From Azolla caroliniana (Eukaryota; Plantae; Polypodiophyta), in NCBI GenBank assembly GCA_043228905.1, contig JBHGNT010000001.1:25978001-26042000 (forward strand): a DNA stretch of 64,000 bases, written 5' to 3'. This document shows positions 13,701 through 27,107 of this stretch, piece by piece. The translations under genes and the position numbers were made by a program. How positions within the stretch are numbered: the first letter of the stretch is position 1; every line of letters starts with the position of its first letter. The notes beneath the pieces were generated by a model. That model did not search any database. It worked only from the letters and a program-made list of their open reading frames with translations, and was not told where the DNA came from.

Positions 13701-14950
13701 CACTTGTTGAGGGAAATAATGTCATATGCTTTGGTTTAAAAACCCACAATGAAGCTTAATATTTTCAATCTAGAATAATAGTCATATGTCAAATGTATAA
13801 AATAAACGTTGTCATTTTGTAAGTTGTCGGGGAACAACCCTAATTAGGTGACAATAGCTAATGCCCAATGCTCTTCTAATATGAAAGGGATCCTTTCGGG
13901 TTTCTAAGTTATATAAAAGGGCAACGGATGTTATGTAAAAGAGGCCTCAATTTTGGGCCACTTTTGGTTTTCGTTCTCTCCATTGTGCATTTATTAACAA
14001 CTAATTTCCAAGATGTAGCTTTTCCACAATAATTAAGTGAGATACACATAAATTTTATTAAACAATCAAGTATTTAATTGAGATATGTATATATGCCCGT
14101 TACTAAACAATCATGTTTCAATTTGGGGCCACCTTTTGGATTCCATGGTTTCCTTTATACATCCACTAAGAGCCCCTTTCCTCCATGTAACTTTTTCATA
14201 CTAATTAAATGAGATATGCTTTTTTTACTAAGCAATTTTCAATTTAATTGAGACCTATATGCCCGATATCTAGTAATTATCTTTTTAATTAAAATCAACA
14301 TATTTCTCAATTAATGCAACGATTTGTTGTCTCTTAATGTTAGATTAACTTAAGAAGCCTTTGAGGCTCCCAAGGTTGCATGGAGTTGAGAGATAAGTGC
14401 TTTATTCCTAGGGCTGGTTCATCGTGAGCAAGGTAGCCCTTAGAAGTACAACGCCCCAATGTATGAATTGTTCTAGCCCCTTTCGGGGAAACTCGATTCA
14501 TTGTTATGTTAATTAGAGAAATTATAAATAAATTTAGAAATAAAATTTGATAACTACATTAAGCTTTTCTCAAAAACACTCAAAAACAAAAGAATAACCC
14601 CCTTCCAAACAACCCTGACTTAGAAAAATAACCTCATAACAATGCTTTGGCTTTGATCTTGTTCGACTATCCTTTCCACACATCGTCAACCTCTTGAACA
14701 TTGAGAATTGCTACTCACTTTTACATGTATTGCATGAAAATGTTATATTTTTTGTCTCATTATTCTTGACCTTTGAAGGTGATAATAATTTTTCTCTATC
14801 AATCAATCAATCTATCTCACATAGACACATTCTACTAAATTTTTTGATTCTGTTGTGCAAGAACTCCATCTTGATTTTTATTTCTCACTTCTCACCAGTT
14901 GTAAAATATTATTATTATTAATTAATTATGAGCACGTGCACAAACCCTCG

Positions 14951-14988
<38 letters not shown>

Positions 14989-17204
14989 GCACGAAAGTGG
15001 CTTTTGTAAATGTGCAAGCACATCTCTACCAAAGTCAACTAAATTGACTTCCCTATTTGCAACAATTAGAATGTTAGATTACATTGGATACATTTAAGAC
15101 CAAACAATAAACTATTAGTTATGCCTAAGCCCTATCAAACGCACCCTATGCAACTTAGATCAATGTCAAGTTGAATGAAGATCATACGACATGAGGAATT
15201 TGTTCACTTTAATGGCCTCTATTAGGTATGTTTTATAGAGGTTGTAGCCTATTATGTTAACAAACAACCATTAGGAGAACTCACAGTACATTAAGTTGTT
15301 TGTAATGATCAAACATATTTTTAGGAAAGCTACACCTTGGAACACTGTAACATCAAGTATCAACAAAAATTTGAAATGTTTGGAGAACATTGACTTAGAA
15401 TCAAGTGTAACCATGCAACATGGATAATCCATAGAAATTGATGCCTCCTAGACATCACTATTGCTTGCAATTAGATTATCAATGTTGGAGATATCTCAAA
15501 CATTCAAAGGGACATGATAGATGTTGAACACATTTGATGATGTGTTGGCGACAAAAAGGCAACAACGTACATGTGTATGCCAACACATTGGAAAGTGAGA
15601 TTGCCCGTATTGGTAGCTAATATCAATCTCTATCTTTAAATGATACATGATGGATGTTGAATCTAAGGGTAAGCACTAGGTATTGTTTTGCTATCATAAA
15701 CGTAACATCATACACGTTCATTTGCATGAATACAACGTGTTTGGCATCCCTTTACCTCATTCTATTACATTGGAAAACTTTTGTAATGAACCTACAAGAT
15801 CACATCTTAAGTATGTGATCATCCTCCTAGGAAGACATGTGCAAATATGTTTTGTTTTGGTAAACTTGGAAATCATCCCCGTAGGAAGGCATGTGTAAAA
15901 TATATGTAGTTAAAATTGGGAAGAGTGAATGAGGAAGAGCTACTATTTTAGTTATTCTAGGATAATATTGACATGGTTTCAATCAATCGAAGTTCAAGTA
16001 ACCAAAACTTTACAACGATCATCCTATGAGCTACATTATCATCAATGGCACAAATAGAATATGAGAATGGGTTGTTGTTTTGTGGTTTCTATCAATACAT
16101 ACATAGGTTGAAAGGAAAATTGATTTGGCAGTTCTTGTTACTAAACTTTGTGGCCATTCTCGTCCTTAGAGGAGTTATGATATGAAGTCAACTAGTCTTA
16201 CAACACTGTAGAGAGTTAAAACCTTGCCATAAATTTCATTATTTATGTAGTAGGGTTAACAAAGATTTTTGTATTGCAGCGTTTAATGAATACAAACTCT
16301 ACTTTTACGAAGGAAGTAACATAGAGGATTTACAACAACTTATTGTGAACTAGGTACAAAAGAGAGAAAGTCAATAATGAGAAAGAGTGTATGTATGGAT
16401 GAAAGAATGTATGTATGAGAGAGAGAGATAGAGAGTTATGTATATTAATGGAGATTATTTAATACGTGACTTTTTACCTTTCATTCATTCAAAGTTCAAA
16501 CAATTAAAGTTGTAGGAGTTTCTTTTATACATGCCTCAATGCATATAGAGTGCTGGAAAAGAGTCTCGAGTTTGTTTGTTAAATTGACAACTCACAATGT
16601 TCAGTCACATATGTACATACATCCATACAAACATGATACATACATGTACATATACATATACATATATATACAACCCGAAAGGTTGGTCCGTGTAGGGCGC
16701 GTCAATGCCTTAGATATAGACTATGAAAAACTTTAAATAATACAATTGTTTTGATCACCTCCCACGGGCCACGACGACCCAAAATATACAAATGCCTATG
16801 CATATAATGTAACCTCAATTCACATTTATGTGGCTTTCTTTGCATTCATGTACTTACATCTGAATTTATGTATGAACAGATGAATGTGTCTTGCTGTCCA
16901 TGCTCATATGCATTGCACCCAAATCTACCTCCACATTTATAGACGCAACAAAAAGTCCACTTGATTTATTATAAAAAAATGTACATAAAAAACATTGGGA
17001 GAAAATTTTGACATAGATAATATATATATATATATATATATATAGTGTACATAGAATTTGTTAACACATAAAGAAGATTTCTCTATTTAGGGGGGAGGGT
17101 TTGAAACTTGTATGGTTTATGTATTAGATTAGTAAAAATATTAAAAAAAAGAAAAGGAAGCAAGATTGGATTGGCCATAAATAGAGAATGGTGGGAACTA
17201 GTGA

Positions 17205-20200
17205 TTATAACATGACTTCGTGATTGAAGATCCATGAGAATTGATGATATCTCGGTGACTTGGCACTTTTATAGTGTTGGGCACGCTCCTCTATCTTGCG
17301 AATACGCATTGACAAGTTGCACACATAATCTTGGGCAGCCCGGCCTTTGCTTGTCACTACTCTCAACTTGTTAAGCTCCCACGTCTTTACAAAGTGCTCC
17401 AAATTGTCGGCATAGTCCTTGCTTGTGTATATTCCCATCCTTTGGGCCACGTCTGAGAAATGATCGTATAGGTTTTCATCCCTACCATCATACATGAGAT
17501 GCGCAGGCATCACTATTTTCTTCCGCAGCATCGCCTGTTGCCCCAAACAAGCAAAGCATCACATAAAACAAACTTTTAGATAATATCGTTCATTTTAAGA
17601 AATAAAGTAGAGTAATTGTTTCCGAGCTTCTCGTGACTTTCGAGCATTTTTTCGTCCTTCGTATTATAATATGTAAGACTTCTAAAAATAATGAAAGGCC
17701 AGGAAACATTGATTGGTGAGTAACCCTATTGACAATATCCCATCTAAAAAGTGACACTTCTTTTTTAAGTTTAAATGGTATAGATAATAAATGCATCCAT
17801 ATAAGTTGCTCTATACATGAGACATTCAATGGGGTATGGCCCACATAAGAATTGTGCCATTAATGGGGCCGGAGTCGCTCATAAAACATCCGACATCGAC
17901 CAATATTGTCTGCGACCCAAATCTTTACAACAAAGACAAATGCTTGGAAAGTGGAATCGTGTGCCTATAGTAAGACCTTAAGGTGGCTACTACATTACAG
18001 AAGTGAAAAATACCCATGTGGATTACTATTCTAGAAAATGCAAAACAAGGATTGAACTAGAGAGGATAATCGTAGTAGTAAGAGACCCAATGTTGGAACC
18101 AACATTCATGAGAACTTGTATAAATTGAAGGCTTACCTCCAAGGCTAACATTGTGCCGTCTGGATTAATATCGAACAACTTCTTCACAACTTTTGTATAA
18201 GCATGCTCGTGTCGTTTCTCATCCGCCGCGATGCTCCCGCATATCTTTGCCAACTTGATATCTCCAAACTCTTTAGCTTGTCGAGCAATGTTTCCATGAG
18301 ATATGAAGGTGGCTCTCTCTTGGAATGATGTATAGATAAATCCCAAGTACGGGTCATTTTCAAGCCCAACATCCTGCGAGTGAAAATTTCATATGTTACC
18401 ATAGCTTATTCAAACTAACAAGTTGTATTTAAGTTTTCACCGCTCTCATAGATGGGGGGGATGGACAAAAAAATATCAAATTAATAGGCCTTTAATGCTC
18501 TCATCAATACATTGCATATTAAGTATAACTTATTGAGGTAAAAAGTGAAAAAACATGTGTTACCATGGTCACCAGAAATATTCTAGTGGTAGTGTTTCTT
18601 AAAATAAGTGAGGTCTCCAAAAGTTTCAACTCTCATAGTGAATAATACATTTTGTATATTTATTTCACATGATTGAGTAAACTGCAACAAGGTAGCACGG
18701 CGATAATTCGCAAAACAAAGGTTACAGGAATGGTAATAATTCATATGATTAAAATGCCTTCCACATGATGATATGACAACCATTGACACTTGAAGTTCCC
18801 CTAAATCAATGTGTAAAAAGTCTATATACATTCCAATTGATAGTTAAACTCGATTTTGAACAAGCAATTAGCCTAGATATTTTTCTAAGATGTACAAATC
18901 TTTATTCAAAGTCATGGACCCTCACTAACATTAACTCTCTTTTTCGAGAACTGGTGTCTATGGTGCTTCCTAATATGGTCATTAAGGTAAAAAGCTTGAA
19001 ACGATTGACAAAAAACATGAAACCTTGCATGGTTGTCACTAGATCCTTAAATAAAGCCAACGGTTAAGTTTCACTCAAATATAGTAGAGTTCAATCGAAA
19101 TGCCTTTGCTAGTGATAAATATAGTTTTGAGTTTAATATGGTATGGCTCAGAAGGATTGTCTTGGTTTGGTAGCTGCCATTTTTCTTTAGTAGTAGTTTA
19201 CATAAGGCCCACAAGTAAACTTATATGATTAAGGATAGCATGAGAGATGAGATTCTAGTTAAGGAAAACTTATATGAGTAAGGAAGATTGGTCTCTAAAT
19301 AGAGACAAGACCAGGAAAACTTAGATGATTAAAGGAAGATAGTTCTCTTAAATATAGACAAGACCAGGAAAACTTAGATGATTTAAGGAAGATAGTTCTC
19401 TTAAATATAGACAAGACCAAAGAGATTCGCTCGCATTGCCCCCATGTTTAAGTACAAATGCTTGACGGAGGTGCATTACCTATAAGGCTATATATAATGC
19501 TTCTATTTCCCTCCCCCCCTCAATCAAAACAATGACTACTCAGGAAAATCTCACTCCAAGCCAAGCAAGAAGAGAACATGTCTCTCTCTAATGCTGGGGG
19601 GGGGGGGGGGGGGGGGGTTCATCCATCCTCCCATACATTTTGGTGGATTCATGCTAGATTTGTAGGTAGAGAAGGAAGGGGAGAGTGAAAACAAAGCCCC
19701 CCAAATGTGGGGGTCAATGAATGAATGAATGAATGAATTGTGAGCCTGCTCTTGACATACCAAATTTGGGATGGCCTCCAATGTAGTGATGCCTCCCAAC
19801 ATTAGCAGAGCATATAATGTTGGAAGCCAAGATTTCCCCCTCCCAACATTAGCAGCATATAATGTGGGAAGCCAAGATTTCCCCCTCCCCAACATTAGCA
19901 GCATATAATGTTGGAAGCCAAAAATTTCCCCCTCCCAACATTAGCAGCATATAATGTGGGAAGCCAAGATTTCCCCCTCCCAACATTATAGCATATAATG
20001 TGGGAAGCCAAGATTTCCCCCTCCCCAACATTAGCAGCATATAATGTTGGAAGCCAAGATTCCCCCCCCCCCCAACATTAGCAGCATATAAAAAGGCAGA
20101 GAGATTGAAACAGATTTATGCTATAGACAAAACAAAAAAATTTGATCAAAAGCTATATAGATATATAGATATATAGATATATATATACACATTCCATGGA

Positions 20201-21240
20201 TATAAAAGTCCATACCATGCCAGATTGAATGAGGTAGTGAATGGTCTTCTCCACCATTTGCATGTCGACTTTGCCGGAGAGGTAGAGATACTTGTGGAGG
20301 AGGTCACCATGGCGGTTCTCCTCGGCGGTCCAGGAGCGCGCCCACCGGGCCCATGCCGACATTTTGTCGTCGGAGCAAGACCCCAAGAACCGATACATGG
20401 ACGACTGGTACGTGGGCAATGCCTCCTCCGTGATGGTGTTGCCCACTAGGCACACCATGTATTCGTCCGGCAAATCCCGCGACCGCAACCTTAGCTCCCG
20501 AACCTCCTCCAAGAAGCCCTCCTCCGTCGGATCCGGCAGCAGATCCTGCGGCTGCCACATCTTCTCCACCGGCTTCAGGAACGGCAAGATCTCGCTCTCC
20601 CCCCACCTCTCCAGCTCCCCAAGCACATCCCGCTCGTACCCCGCCACAAATGATTCGTGAGACGGCATTATGATCGCCTCCGGCCTTACTTTCTCCCTAC
20701 CATATACAAAACAAAACAAAACAAAACATTAATCATCCAGATTATGATTCTTTTGTACAGCACACAGATTAATTAAAAATCTCTTAAACATTTGGTCACA
20801 AAGGATCTCAAATGGAGATTAAGAAAGGTTTAAGAACGATTTGTTTAAAGGCCATAAGTTTTTTGGTAGCACATTAATCGTGTATAAATCAAGGTACATT
20901 GACGTTCTACTCGATTATGGTGGAGATTTATGAGCTGAAGCACCAACATTTCACACCGTTTCGAGTCAAAATAGACTTGAGGCAAGCACGATCTAATGAT
21001 GGCATGGGATGGAGCCAACCCACAATGAAAAACTAAGGCAACATGAAAAATGCGATGAACCTAGAGAGAGAGAGAGAGAGAGATGAAGGACCTGTGGATG
21101 GTAGAAGCGATTACAGAAAGTGGGCGACCAAGGTGAGCTTTGGTGGGTGGATTCCTGAAGTGGGTTTGTCGAGGAATGGGAGAAAACGTAGAGGAATAGG
21201 GAGAATTAGCGGAGTAATTAGGGGGAGGCGCAATAGCCAT
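17205..21240 (-). CDS. Plastidial acyl-ACP desaturase (stearoyl-ACP desaturase family); exons 21240-21092, 20696-20216, 18373-18137, 17534-17205 (~398 aa)
   Basis: Ser/Pro-rich transit-peptide-like exon 1; [59 protein letters not shown] (two ExxH di-iron motifs), [16 protein letters not shown]. All junctions are GT-AG and in frame. Confidence 0.95.
19261..19419. repeat. ~52-bp tandem triplication in desaturase intron 2
   Basis: AGGAAAACTTAGATGATT..AAGGAAGATAGTTCTCTTAAATATAGACAAGACC repeated three times. Confidence 0.85.
19792..20090. repeat. ~45-bp minisatellite (~6.5 copies) with an internal hairpin in each unit
   Basis: Unit CCTCCCAACATTAGCAGCATATAATGTTGGAAGCCAAGATTTCC; CCAACATTA and TAATGTTGG are reverse complements. 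Confidence 0.9.
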
Positions 21241-21954
21241 AGCTGGCTAATTAGTGGGGGTATTATAAACTAATTAGCTATAGTTTTACAAGAGAGAGAG
21301 AGAGAGAGAGAGAAATAGCATGTTAATAAGTTTCCATTGGGAATTTATATAGAAGGCTCTCTCTCTCTCTCTCTCTCTCTATGTGTGTGTGTGTGTCTTT
21401 CTCTCTCTACGTGTGTGTGTGTCTCTCTCTATGTCTAGAGTCGCTCTAATTTGGAGAAGGAAATTGATGGTTTGGCAAAATCTCGAGATTTGAGCCCCAC
21501 ATTCAATGCCCCCACCCCTTCTCGTGCTTTATGTTAATGTGTGTGTGTGTGTGTGTTAGATGCAACACAAATGGGCGCCACCCTCAACTCACATGGTCTC
21601 CAATGTCCATACATATGTCATACCCCACCATCAACTTGGATGCTCTCTCTGTCTCATAGTGACTTGGGTCATTTACCTGCATGCTATGATATATGGTATG
21701 CTATGCTAATGGTATGAACAAATTTGAGCGAGAGTGACATGGTAGACCCATTGGGATTCTATTTAGATCGAGGCATACCCCACCTTGCAAGGGCCAAACC
21801 TCGCTTCTCTCATACATATTTATGACTTTTGGTCCTGGAGTCTTAACTACCACCGGTAGCTAGAAAGAATCCCTTGCTCCGCAACTCATTGAGTGTGAAT
21901 ATAGTTTCGTTCTTGGTATGGCAAAAGGAAAGGAAGACATATAAACAGACGTAG

Positions 21955-22322
21955 AGATTCTATTATCATCTTCAGAGATCAAATATGACCTATGAGACCA
22001 AAAATATTACATTTCACATAATACATGTGAAAGCGAGTAGCGACACTCGATATTCAGGAACTTTGCCAATGAATGTTGCAATCGAGAGTGCACATTGTGG
22101 CCGTCAGAGAAATTCGTGCAAGGATTGACTTTGGTTGAAGATGTGTAGAAAGCAGAGTCAATTTTGATCAAAGACAGAGTGTATCAACGTGTGATACTCA
22201 GACTCTCGATTCACTTGTTTAGGGCAAAGTATGCATAGTCGACCACTCTCATAACTTGTGCCCCAATGACCTGCCTCACATCGCAATGCATGTGAGCTAA
22301 GTCTCATGGAAGCAATGGTTCA
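21955..22322 (-). mobile_element. 3' fragment of a non-LTR retrotransposon (RTEX/L2-like C-terminal Cys/His motif)
   Basis: Minus strand reads TIASMRLSSHALRCEAGHWG...RLCILCPKQV..ESEYH, matching the RLSSHxLxxExGR..RxCxxC..ExExH C-terminus of such LINEs. Homologous copies at ~23260-23600 and ~26655-26830, the latter ending in a (TCTA)n tail. Confidence 0.6.
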
Positions 22323-22539
22323 AATGGCAGACAACGGGATGGGCTCTAACATGTATTAATGTATACGGTTTTCCTGTTCGGCGAAGAATATGGATTTAGC
22401 TTAGTTGGTAAGGTTGTTCGATGGAGGAGCTTGGAAGAGAGAGAGAGAGAGAGAGATCATGTTGATAGGTTCTCATGGGTTCATGGTGTTAAGATCATCT
22501 CATGTCATAGTGAGCAAAAAGAAGGATGGTCATCATACA

Positions 22540-23070
22540 TCACAATGTCAACTAGGTTAGAGAATTGGCCCATGAAATAAGTGGATACTAATCATACATG
22601 ATAATAGTCAACTAGGTTAGGGAATAAGCCCATGAATAAGTGAATACTAATCATACATGATAATAGTCAACTAGGTTAGGGAATAGGCACATGAAATAAA
22701 TGGATACTTATCATAAATTACAAGACTCGACTAGGTTAGGGAATAGGCCCGTGAAATAAGTGGATACTAATAATATATCACAAGGGTAAACTAGGTTGGG
22801 GAATAGGACGATGAAATAAATGGATACTAATCATATATTATAAGACTTGACTCGGTTAGCAATAGGCCCATGAAATAAGAGGATGAGCATCCACATAATG
22901 ATCATACATTACATGAGTCGAGTAGAGAATAGGCCCATAATTGGATATTAATCATACATCACGAGAATCAAACTAGGTTAGGCCCATGAAATAAGAGGAC
23001 GAACATACATGTAGTAATGAGACATTACATGAGTAAAGTATTTTATAGAATAGACCCATGAAATATGTGA
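22540..23070. repeat. ~59-bp tandem minisatellite (7-8 copies) downstream of a tRNA-like head at ~22390
   Basis: Unit GTCAACTAGGTTAGGGAATAGGCCCATGAAATAAGTGGATACTAATCATACATGATAATA with progressive decay. Confidence 0.9.
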
Positions 23071-26000
23071 ATGACCATTTGGAGGTTACGGTGAATGCTT
23101 GTATTGGGTTCATGATCATTGGTGAGCCATGAGATCATTGCCTCAATATAAGACAAACTAGTGCAGGAAGTGTATGAGCATACACGCCAAAAGTACCTTT
23201 TAGGGGTATATTAGGCTAGAGCTATGCACGGTCAAGTTAATGGACAACTAACTAGACATATCAATTTCATTATCATAATTGAAAGTCAAATATAGTGTTT
23301 GAAACCAAAGTGAAACATTTTTATATAGAATTTGTAGGCATAAAGTACTCTCCATGTTAAAGAATTTATCTAATGAAAGTTGCAATACAGAATGCACATT
23401 GTGCGTATGAAAGAAAGATGACTAGGGAAATTTAATGGTTGAAAATGTCTAGAAAGCAATTTTTAGTGGGATTAAAGTTGTGGCATCGAATTTGAGTATG
23501 CCACTCGTATTCACAAAACAAAATTAGGGCAAATACATTTTGCTCAATGACTCATGTTACAATTAAGGATGTGAGCTAAGCTAGGTGGAAGCTATGGTAG
23601 TATGGGTGGCTTGTAGCTTGTTTGGGCAAGTGTGTTTTACACTACCTAGAGAAGAAGATTGTGTTGCAATGTTGATCATATGTCATAGGGTTTAGATGTC
23701 ATACAACTTGTGATGATGAGCCTCTATATATCTCCCAATCCATTATATGTGAGTGTCATTCACTAAAGACTCTAATAGGGCATGATGAAGCAATTGTAAA
23801 ATGCATCCCATCTTCCAAACCATTCTTTATATACCATCAACTTTAGAACTTGATATTATGGTTGCTTGTCTTTTAAACTTTTTAATTACTTCAACTATGT
23901 AATTCTAGGAAGTTAATGTCAAGGTTTTATCCTAATGGTACTAGCATGGCTCACAAAATCTTGTCCATGCCCATGATCTAAATGGGAAGTGATATTGTAT
24001 CATGAGGCAGTAACATGTTTGCGTGTGTATATTGACTTTAAGAAACCTCTTCAAAGAAACTCTTCTGGATATTTTCAACCATTTCTAAGTGGATTTAGAA
24101 GACATAACCATCCATAGTTTAACCCCACAAACAAGTCTTGGTATAACTTAATTGTAAATACTGTGCTTCCTCATCATCCAACATTTGATTTCTCATCCAA
24201 TCCATTGCATCCATTCTCGAATGCATCATGGGTCTCTTCCTTTCTTCATGCACATGTACTCTCACAATGCTTAGTATAATCAAATTAGCATTTTGCAAGT
24301 GGGAACTCATTGCAATATCACAAGGAATGTAGGATATTATCCCTTGTGTATGCAAAATTTGTCTAAGCAATTTCCTATAAGATCTAAACATTCATTGTAG
24401 ATAATTGTGTTAGTTGGAAGTTATAGGTATGGCCTTTCTATATGAGTCTAAAGGTTTCCCTTATAATTATGCTTCAATGCAAGTGTTGTCTTGGTTCAAA
24501 ACTTAATTACATTTCAACATTGTGGAAAAACCATGCATCACTCATTTGATTACAACCCAATGTTATTTGGATTTTATGGAATCATACAGGTACACTTTTT
24601 AGATCAACATAAGAATAGGGGAGGTGCCATTTTAGATGTGGAGACATGACAATAGCAAGACGGTTCTTTAACGACATGTGTGTCGCACAACTACGTTTGG
24701 AATACATGGGATGGGTATTGTGCATGGAAAAACCCTGAATGTAGTGGCATGTTATCAATTTGATCAACCTAGAAGGATGGCCTATGTCATTAAGCTACCT
24801 AGTTTGTTCTTTGAAAATGGTGTTTCAAATTTTGATAACTTGCAAGAGGATTCTTTTCAATTTCAAATCTTGGTTGTTTTAGAAGTTATCTCATGAGTAT
24901 GAAAACAATAAATATATGGTATACCACAAACGAATAGGATGCCCATCTTTGTTGTTTCAAAAATTACTTTGCCTGTGCTTTTGCTTCCTCCATTCTACTT
25001 AAATGGTATTTTGTTTACTCCATAGAAAGTTTTATGTGTTTGGAAGGGCACCACTTTTTATGGGAAATCATTTTGAGATACATTGCATGCAACAAAACCA
25101 TTTTCTTACTTAAACGTAATTTTGGAAAATTAAGGATATGGTGATACCAAAGTGTATGTCCATCAATTAAAGATATATCATATAATCATCAATGATCAAC
25201 CATAGTCGAAGGATAAAAGAAATTCACTTTGTCATCTTCACAAAGGCCAAGGTTGGTTGAAATTTATGATAATGGGCGTTTGACTTTATAAGACCCCCAA
25301 ATGCAAAATATTTGTATGGTGTATATTAGTGGGTGGCTTGATGTCACCATTTCAAATGGCTCTTGCTTCTTTTGTTCTATGGTGCCAGAGACTTGTCATT
25401 CTATGTTTTTAAAGATTTGCTTGGCCTCGATAAACATATATAATCTCTTTGTCCATGGTGTGCCATTCTATTGTTGGGGAAATCATGCATCCACATGATT
25501 GGATTTTTATTAAATAGGAACTAGAAGAATTTGTGCAACCAAATGGGATCATTGTCTTCTACTTCTAACTTTGATTGGCTTGTTGGAATAGTTGGATTAT
25601 CCACTATGCATTCATCTTTGATTCACAAGATGGAGCACCCAAGCATATTAGTAGAAGTCTCCCTCCTTCACCGACAAGCCAATAAGAACCCAAAAGAGTG
25701 TTGCGATGAAGTATTCTCCACGAGTATTGATGGTATGGTCACATGTGGCACATGTATCTCCTTGAAAATCACTTTATGCTTAGGTAGAATGCACATATAT
25801 GTCTCAAGTCTTGGTATGGCCAACTTGCAGTTGTTCAAGGTTACAAGTCGCAAATGATGATGGAAACATTGTCAAATGGAAACATTTCATAATGTGTGGG
25901 CACTTCATGCGGTGTTTCTGTTTGGATGCAATGTTAGTATGCTATGTAAAATAGACATCTTACGTGTCAAGCAAGCAATGACATTTAATCCAAGTACAAT

Positions 26001-26842
26001 ATCATATTTCCGTACACATAATGTAAAGTTTTCGTACATTGGATTCATTTGCTTTGTTAGTTCGATGTTTGATATACCTCACATTCTTGGAAGTGCCCAA
26101 ATGTTTGAAGCCTATGGCACCATCATCCAAATTCCATATCCTCTAATTTTCTAAATGAGAAATGACTACATGATATTTGTATGCATCCATATTGGTGAAT
26201 ATCCATACCTTGCCTATTTTTTTGACAAAAACCTAATCATTGTTCTTTGGGCCACTGAATGAGTTGACCATGAGGTATTTCTAATCGTTGTCCCTCAAAA
26301 GTATTATACATATACTAGTTTGCCTATGTCCACGTTACAACATGAATTTTGTAACTAAATAAGGTGAATTGCTTTTAGAACATTGTTTTTTTCCATTAAT
26401 TGTGTAAAGGTTTGAAATATTGAGAAACTCTATGATTAAAGTGTTGGACTGGGCTAACTCGTTTGACACACTTATTTGGGGATAAATTTCACTTATGAAA
26501 AAATACCATAGGATAGTATGAAGATTTCAATGAAAGATGTTATGTGTCGATTGTTTCTAGGGGAAGGGATAGATAGATATCTTTTAGACATCCATGGGAC
26601 AATGATTATGATCTATGGGACAAGGCTAAGACCATGGGGAGACACAGAGAGAGATAGATAGATAGATTCTATTATCATTTTCGGAGGTCAAATATGACCA
26701 ATGAGACCAAAACTTTTACATTTCATGTGATACATGTGAAAGTGAGTTGCGACTCTTGATGTTCAAGAACTTTACCAATGAATGTTGCAATCGAGAGTGC
26801 ACATTGTGGTTGCGAGAGAAATTCATGAATGGATTGGGATTA

Positions 26843-26907
<65 letters not shown>

Positions 26908-27107
26908 CATTTCTTGATTAGGGGGTTGTATAAGATAAAGTTTACAATGAACTTGGAAAAAAGATTACAAAAGTGCTCACCAAAGTTGATACAACCCACC
27001 CAACATGGTTTCATTGCAAGCAAGAATCTATTGCGTAATGTGTTGAATGTTCAAATGACCATCAATTATGAACAACACACTAATCAAGAATCGATTAGGG
27101 TGCAATT

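Noticed and set aside
10930-16300. Possible decayed TE coding sequence and an old LTR starting TGTCGGGG at 13825
   Set aside because: No matching terminus, TSD or diagnostic motif could be established.
19792-20090. CRISPR-like appearance of palindromic repeats (also 22540-23070 and 27658-28265)
   Set aside because: Units are contiguous with no unique spacers, there are no cas genes, and the context is eukaryotic.
23600-26500. Possible SWIM/MULE-like transposase remnant (also 32880-33330)
   Set aside because: Only scattered Cys/His residues; too degraded to support a call.
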